Positions 61,201 to 64,000 of a stretch of DNA of 64,000 nt are shown here, piece by piece. Source of the DNA: Macrostomum lignano (lineage: Eukaryota); NCBI GenBank assembly GCA_002269645.1, contig NIVC01001091.1, positions 124,001 through 188,000 on the forward strand, given 5' to 3'. The notes under the pieces are model-generated. The model saw nothing but the letters and a program-made list of their open reading frames with translations. It had not been told where the DNA came from and did not search any database. The stretch's first letter is position 1, and each line of letters starts with the position of its first letter. The position numbers and the translations under genes are program-made.

Positions 61201-63877
61201 GTCGAGCTTGTGTCAGCGCAACAGTAAATACTTCGATATGGGGCCTTCAGTTGCATTTCTGAGCGACAACCAGCACCTGGTGAACTACAAGCTGCAGATT
61301 GTGGACTACATGGCAGGAGACGTGATTCGCTGTATCCGGCCGGATGAGGAGCTGCACTTTCTGCAGCTGAAGGTTAGAAGTCTTAAAAATTTAAAGCATT
61401 CCTTTCGTAACTTCTACTACGAGCAATAGGTTTGTTTACACAATTTCCCTCACGAAAAATTACAGGTCACTCGCGACGAAAGTCTTCTTGTTGGCCAGCT
61501 GTTCTTTCCATCGTACGAGGTCAACGTTGCCGCGTTTGCAAAAATTAGTGCCAACGAAAAAGAAGAGGGCACATTCGCTATTTTGCCACCGCGTTGTGTT
61601 CAGGTGAATGATCTGCATAACATTGCTGAAATATTTCTGAGAATAATCAGTACTCGACCGTAGCTCAGGACAGGGGGGTCTTTCTCGAAAATTGCGTAAT
61701 TTCTATGGTAAGTTCGATCTTAAGTTAGAACTTTACGCTCTCCGAAAGATCAATACTAAGCCAGTTTCTCGAAACTCGCTTAGACTTTGCGTGACTTACG
61801 CGATTCGTAAGTCTAGTTAAGTCGATAAAATGTTGTCTATGGAAGAGAAGACAAAAAATCAAATCTAAAAAGCTAATTTTAATAATATGGATTTCTTGCT
61901 TTATTTTTTACTAACAGTAATAGGAATTGGGCACCAGTTTTATTTTATTTTATTTTATTTTATTTTATTTTATTTTAGGAAAGTACCCAAAGAAATACAT
62001 GCATGTACAAGCAAAAGATTATAATGTTTTAGAACGCGAGCAGTTGTTAACCAGTTTTTTTGGCTTGACAGCTAAAAGTCGTAACAGATCAACTCAATTA
62101 AAGTAGACAATCAACCCGCACAACTCCACATTGACCCCCTAAATCACAGAACTCACCAGTTGTCGTGGACATCACTACCAATCACACCCTCAGACCAGAG
62201 TTTCTCTTCAGACGTCGGCTCTCATTGAATTCCCCGTCCTTCCAGAGGCTCCATGGCTTTCCGCATAGGTTGAACAAGTAGTATCTATTGCAGCATGCTG
62301 AAAATAATTCTTCAACGTAAAAGCGCCATAGCAATCACCACATTGATTTCGGATCTCTAAGACAAAACACTTAAGAACGTAGTTGAGATCGCGCTTGCTC
62401 AAACTCGGATGCTGGTGCCAATGGCAAGTCACTTTAGACAGCTTCGATTTCAGCAACACTACAAAGTGATTCAATGCAAATAACTCGAAAATGTCACAGA
62501 AAAGGTTTAGTAGAGATAAAGACAACTACTCACTACTCTTAAATATAGGATTCAATACTTGGTCACGAGTGCGCGAAGCAACACGATTTGCCTTTGCCTC
62601 GGCCAAAAAAAGCACACATGTTCTTTGTATCTAAGGACCAACTTCTTTTGCGATTAATTCGAAGTTTTCCCGAAGTGAAGCTCTCAGTGCACGATTGAGC
62701 ACTACTCAACCTGCTTTTTAAAACAGGTGTACCGCATCAGCGATGGCTCACGACTAGCCAACTATCTGTTCGAGACCAGCCCTCTTGGCTTCTGTATCTT
62801 CGGACAGCCTGACCGAGACCTATTGGGGTTGTTTCAAAACAAGCCCCTACAACTGTTCTGTCTGGTTGAACCACCCGAAGACGCTGAGGCGACAGCAACA
62901 GTGCATTCAGTGCAGCGCACGGAAGCGGCCGAAAGTCTGGCTTCTTTGTCGCACAATGAAATGGATTACGAAAATCAACTGGACAGTCTACGTGAGCTTC
63001 TTGGTTATTTGTAATATTTGTAATTGGATTTCTTGAAGTTTTACTGGGATTATATAGTGTCCGAGCTCCGTCCCCGCTTCCTGTCCCAGAACGAGTCCTT
63101 TGGGCCTCCTGTCCCAGAACGAGTCCTTTGGGTCCCCTGTCCCAGCACAAGTCCTTTGGGTCTCCTGTACCAGCACGAGTCCTTTGGGTCTCCTGTACCA
63201 GCACGAGTCCTTTGGGTCTCCTGTCCCAGCACGAGTCCTTTGGGTCTCCTGTCCCAGCACGAGTCCTTTGGGTCTCCTGTCCCAGCACGAGTCCTTTAGG
63301 CCTCCTGTCCCAGCACGAGTCCTTTGGGTCCCCTGTACCAGCACGAGTCCTTTGGGCCTCCTGTCCCAGCACGAGTCCTTTGGGTCCCCTGTCCCTGCAC
63401 GAGTCCTTTGGGTCTCCTGTCCCAGCACGAGTCCTTTGGTTCTCCTGTCCCAGCATGAGTCCTTTGGGTCCCCTGTCCCAGCACGAGTCCTTTGGGTCCC
63501 CTGTCCCAGCACGAGTCCTTTGGTTCTCCTGTCCCAGCACGAGTCCTTTGGTTCTCCTGTCCCAGCACGAGTCCTTTGGGTCCCCTGTCCCAGCACGAGT
63601 CCTTTGGTTCTCCTGTCCCAGCACGAGTCCTTTGGGTCCCCTGTCCCAGCACCAGTCTTCAGGCGTCTCCAGTCCCACAGTGTCCAATCAGTTTAACAGT
63701 TTCAGTTTAACATTCCACTCAATTCAATGGATGGCAGGTGTAGCCCTGGGCCAGGCCATGCTCGAACTGGCCGTCGCTCGCCCTTCGGACCCCGTCGCAT
63801 TTCTTGCCAACGCTCTGCTACGATTGAGGCCTTCCTGCGTTGGAGACCCTCAGGTTTCCACCGAGAAGCGAGCTTAA
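55284..63877 (+). CDS. NWD1/NWD2-like STAND NTPase (DUF4062 + NACHT + divergent beta-propeller region + C-terminal Dpy-30-like motif), ~2015 aa; exons 55284-55943, 56365-57786, 57879-58256, 58328-61372, 61466-61603, 62727-62991, 63738-63877
   Basis: [17 protein letters not shown]...IDMRWGV (DUF4062), Walker A GDSGSGKT, Walker [24 protein letters not shown] and [13 protein letters not shown] are NWD-type motifs. All junctions are GT-AG with compatible phases (0,0,0,0,0,1). AATAAA lies immediately after the stop. Confidence 0.85.
63075..63655. repeat. 28-bp minisatellite (TTTGGGTCTCCTGTCCCAGCACGAGTCC) filling the last intron of the NACHT gene
   Basis: 28-nt period (63181 vs 63209); it explains the repetitive track ORFs at 62737-63877. 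Confidence 0.96.
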
Positions 63878-64000
63878 TAATAAAGAGTGCTTAACATTGT
63901 TGAATTAAAATATTTGCTTTACTACCAGCAAAGTATGTATGCTTACATTTCGAGGTCAAATTGTACGTGATTTGATGACGTGCAAATGTGGCGATGAAGA

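Overview
This is a repeat-rich eukaryotic (invertebrate) window with spliced genes; it is not prokaryotic and has no CRISPR array. GC-rich exons, minisatellite-filled introns and an animal-type USP suggest a free-living flatworm such as Macrostomum, but that is inference only. I could splice four host genes by hand. (1) A minus-strand gp130/Domeless-like type I cytokine receptor candidate (Ig + CBM-like + FN3 + TM + YxxQ tail), 6628-14421, whose first exon was not found. (2) CNBP, with 7 CCHC knuckles and an RGG box, 36298-39013. (3) An intronless universal stress protein, 41103-41657. (4) A ~2015-aa DUF4062-NACHT-beta-propeller (NWD1/2-like) protein that ends in a Dpy-30-type dimerization/docking motif, 55284-63877. 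The most striking structure is a 9.6-kb foldback element (45096-54683). It has near-identical 4.6/3.6-kb inverted arms, each carrying a 251-bp satellite (8 vs 4 copies), an apparent 6-bp target-site duplication, and an intact mariner DD34D transposase in the loop. Other mobile DNA includes a decayed Gypsy element lacking RT with an extra 3' ORF relic, several related LTRs, a Penelope fragment with a minimal hammerhead ribozyme motif, MULE- and hAT-type MITEs with TSDs, a deleted mariner and tRNA-derived SINEs. All coordinates and alignments were read by eye; no database search was run.
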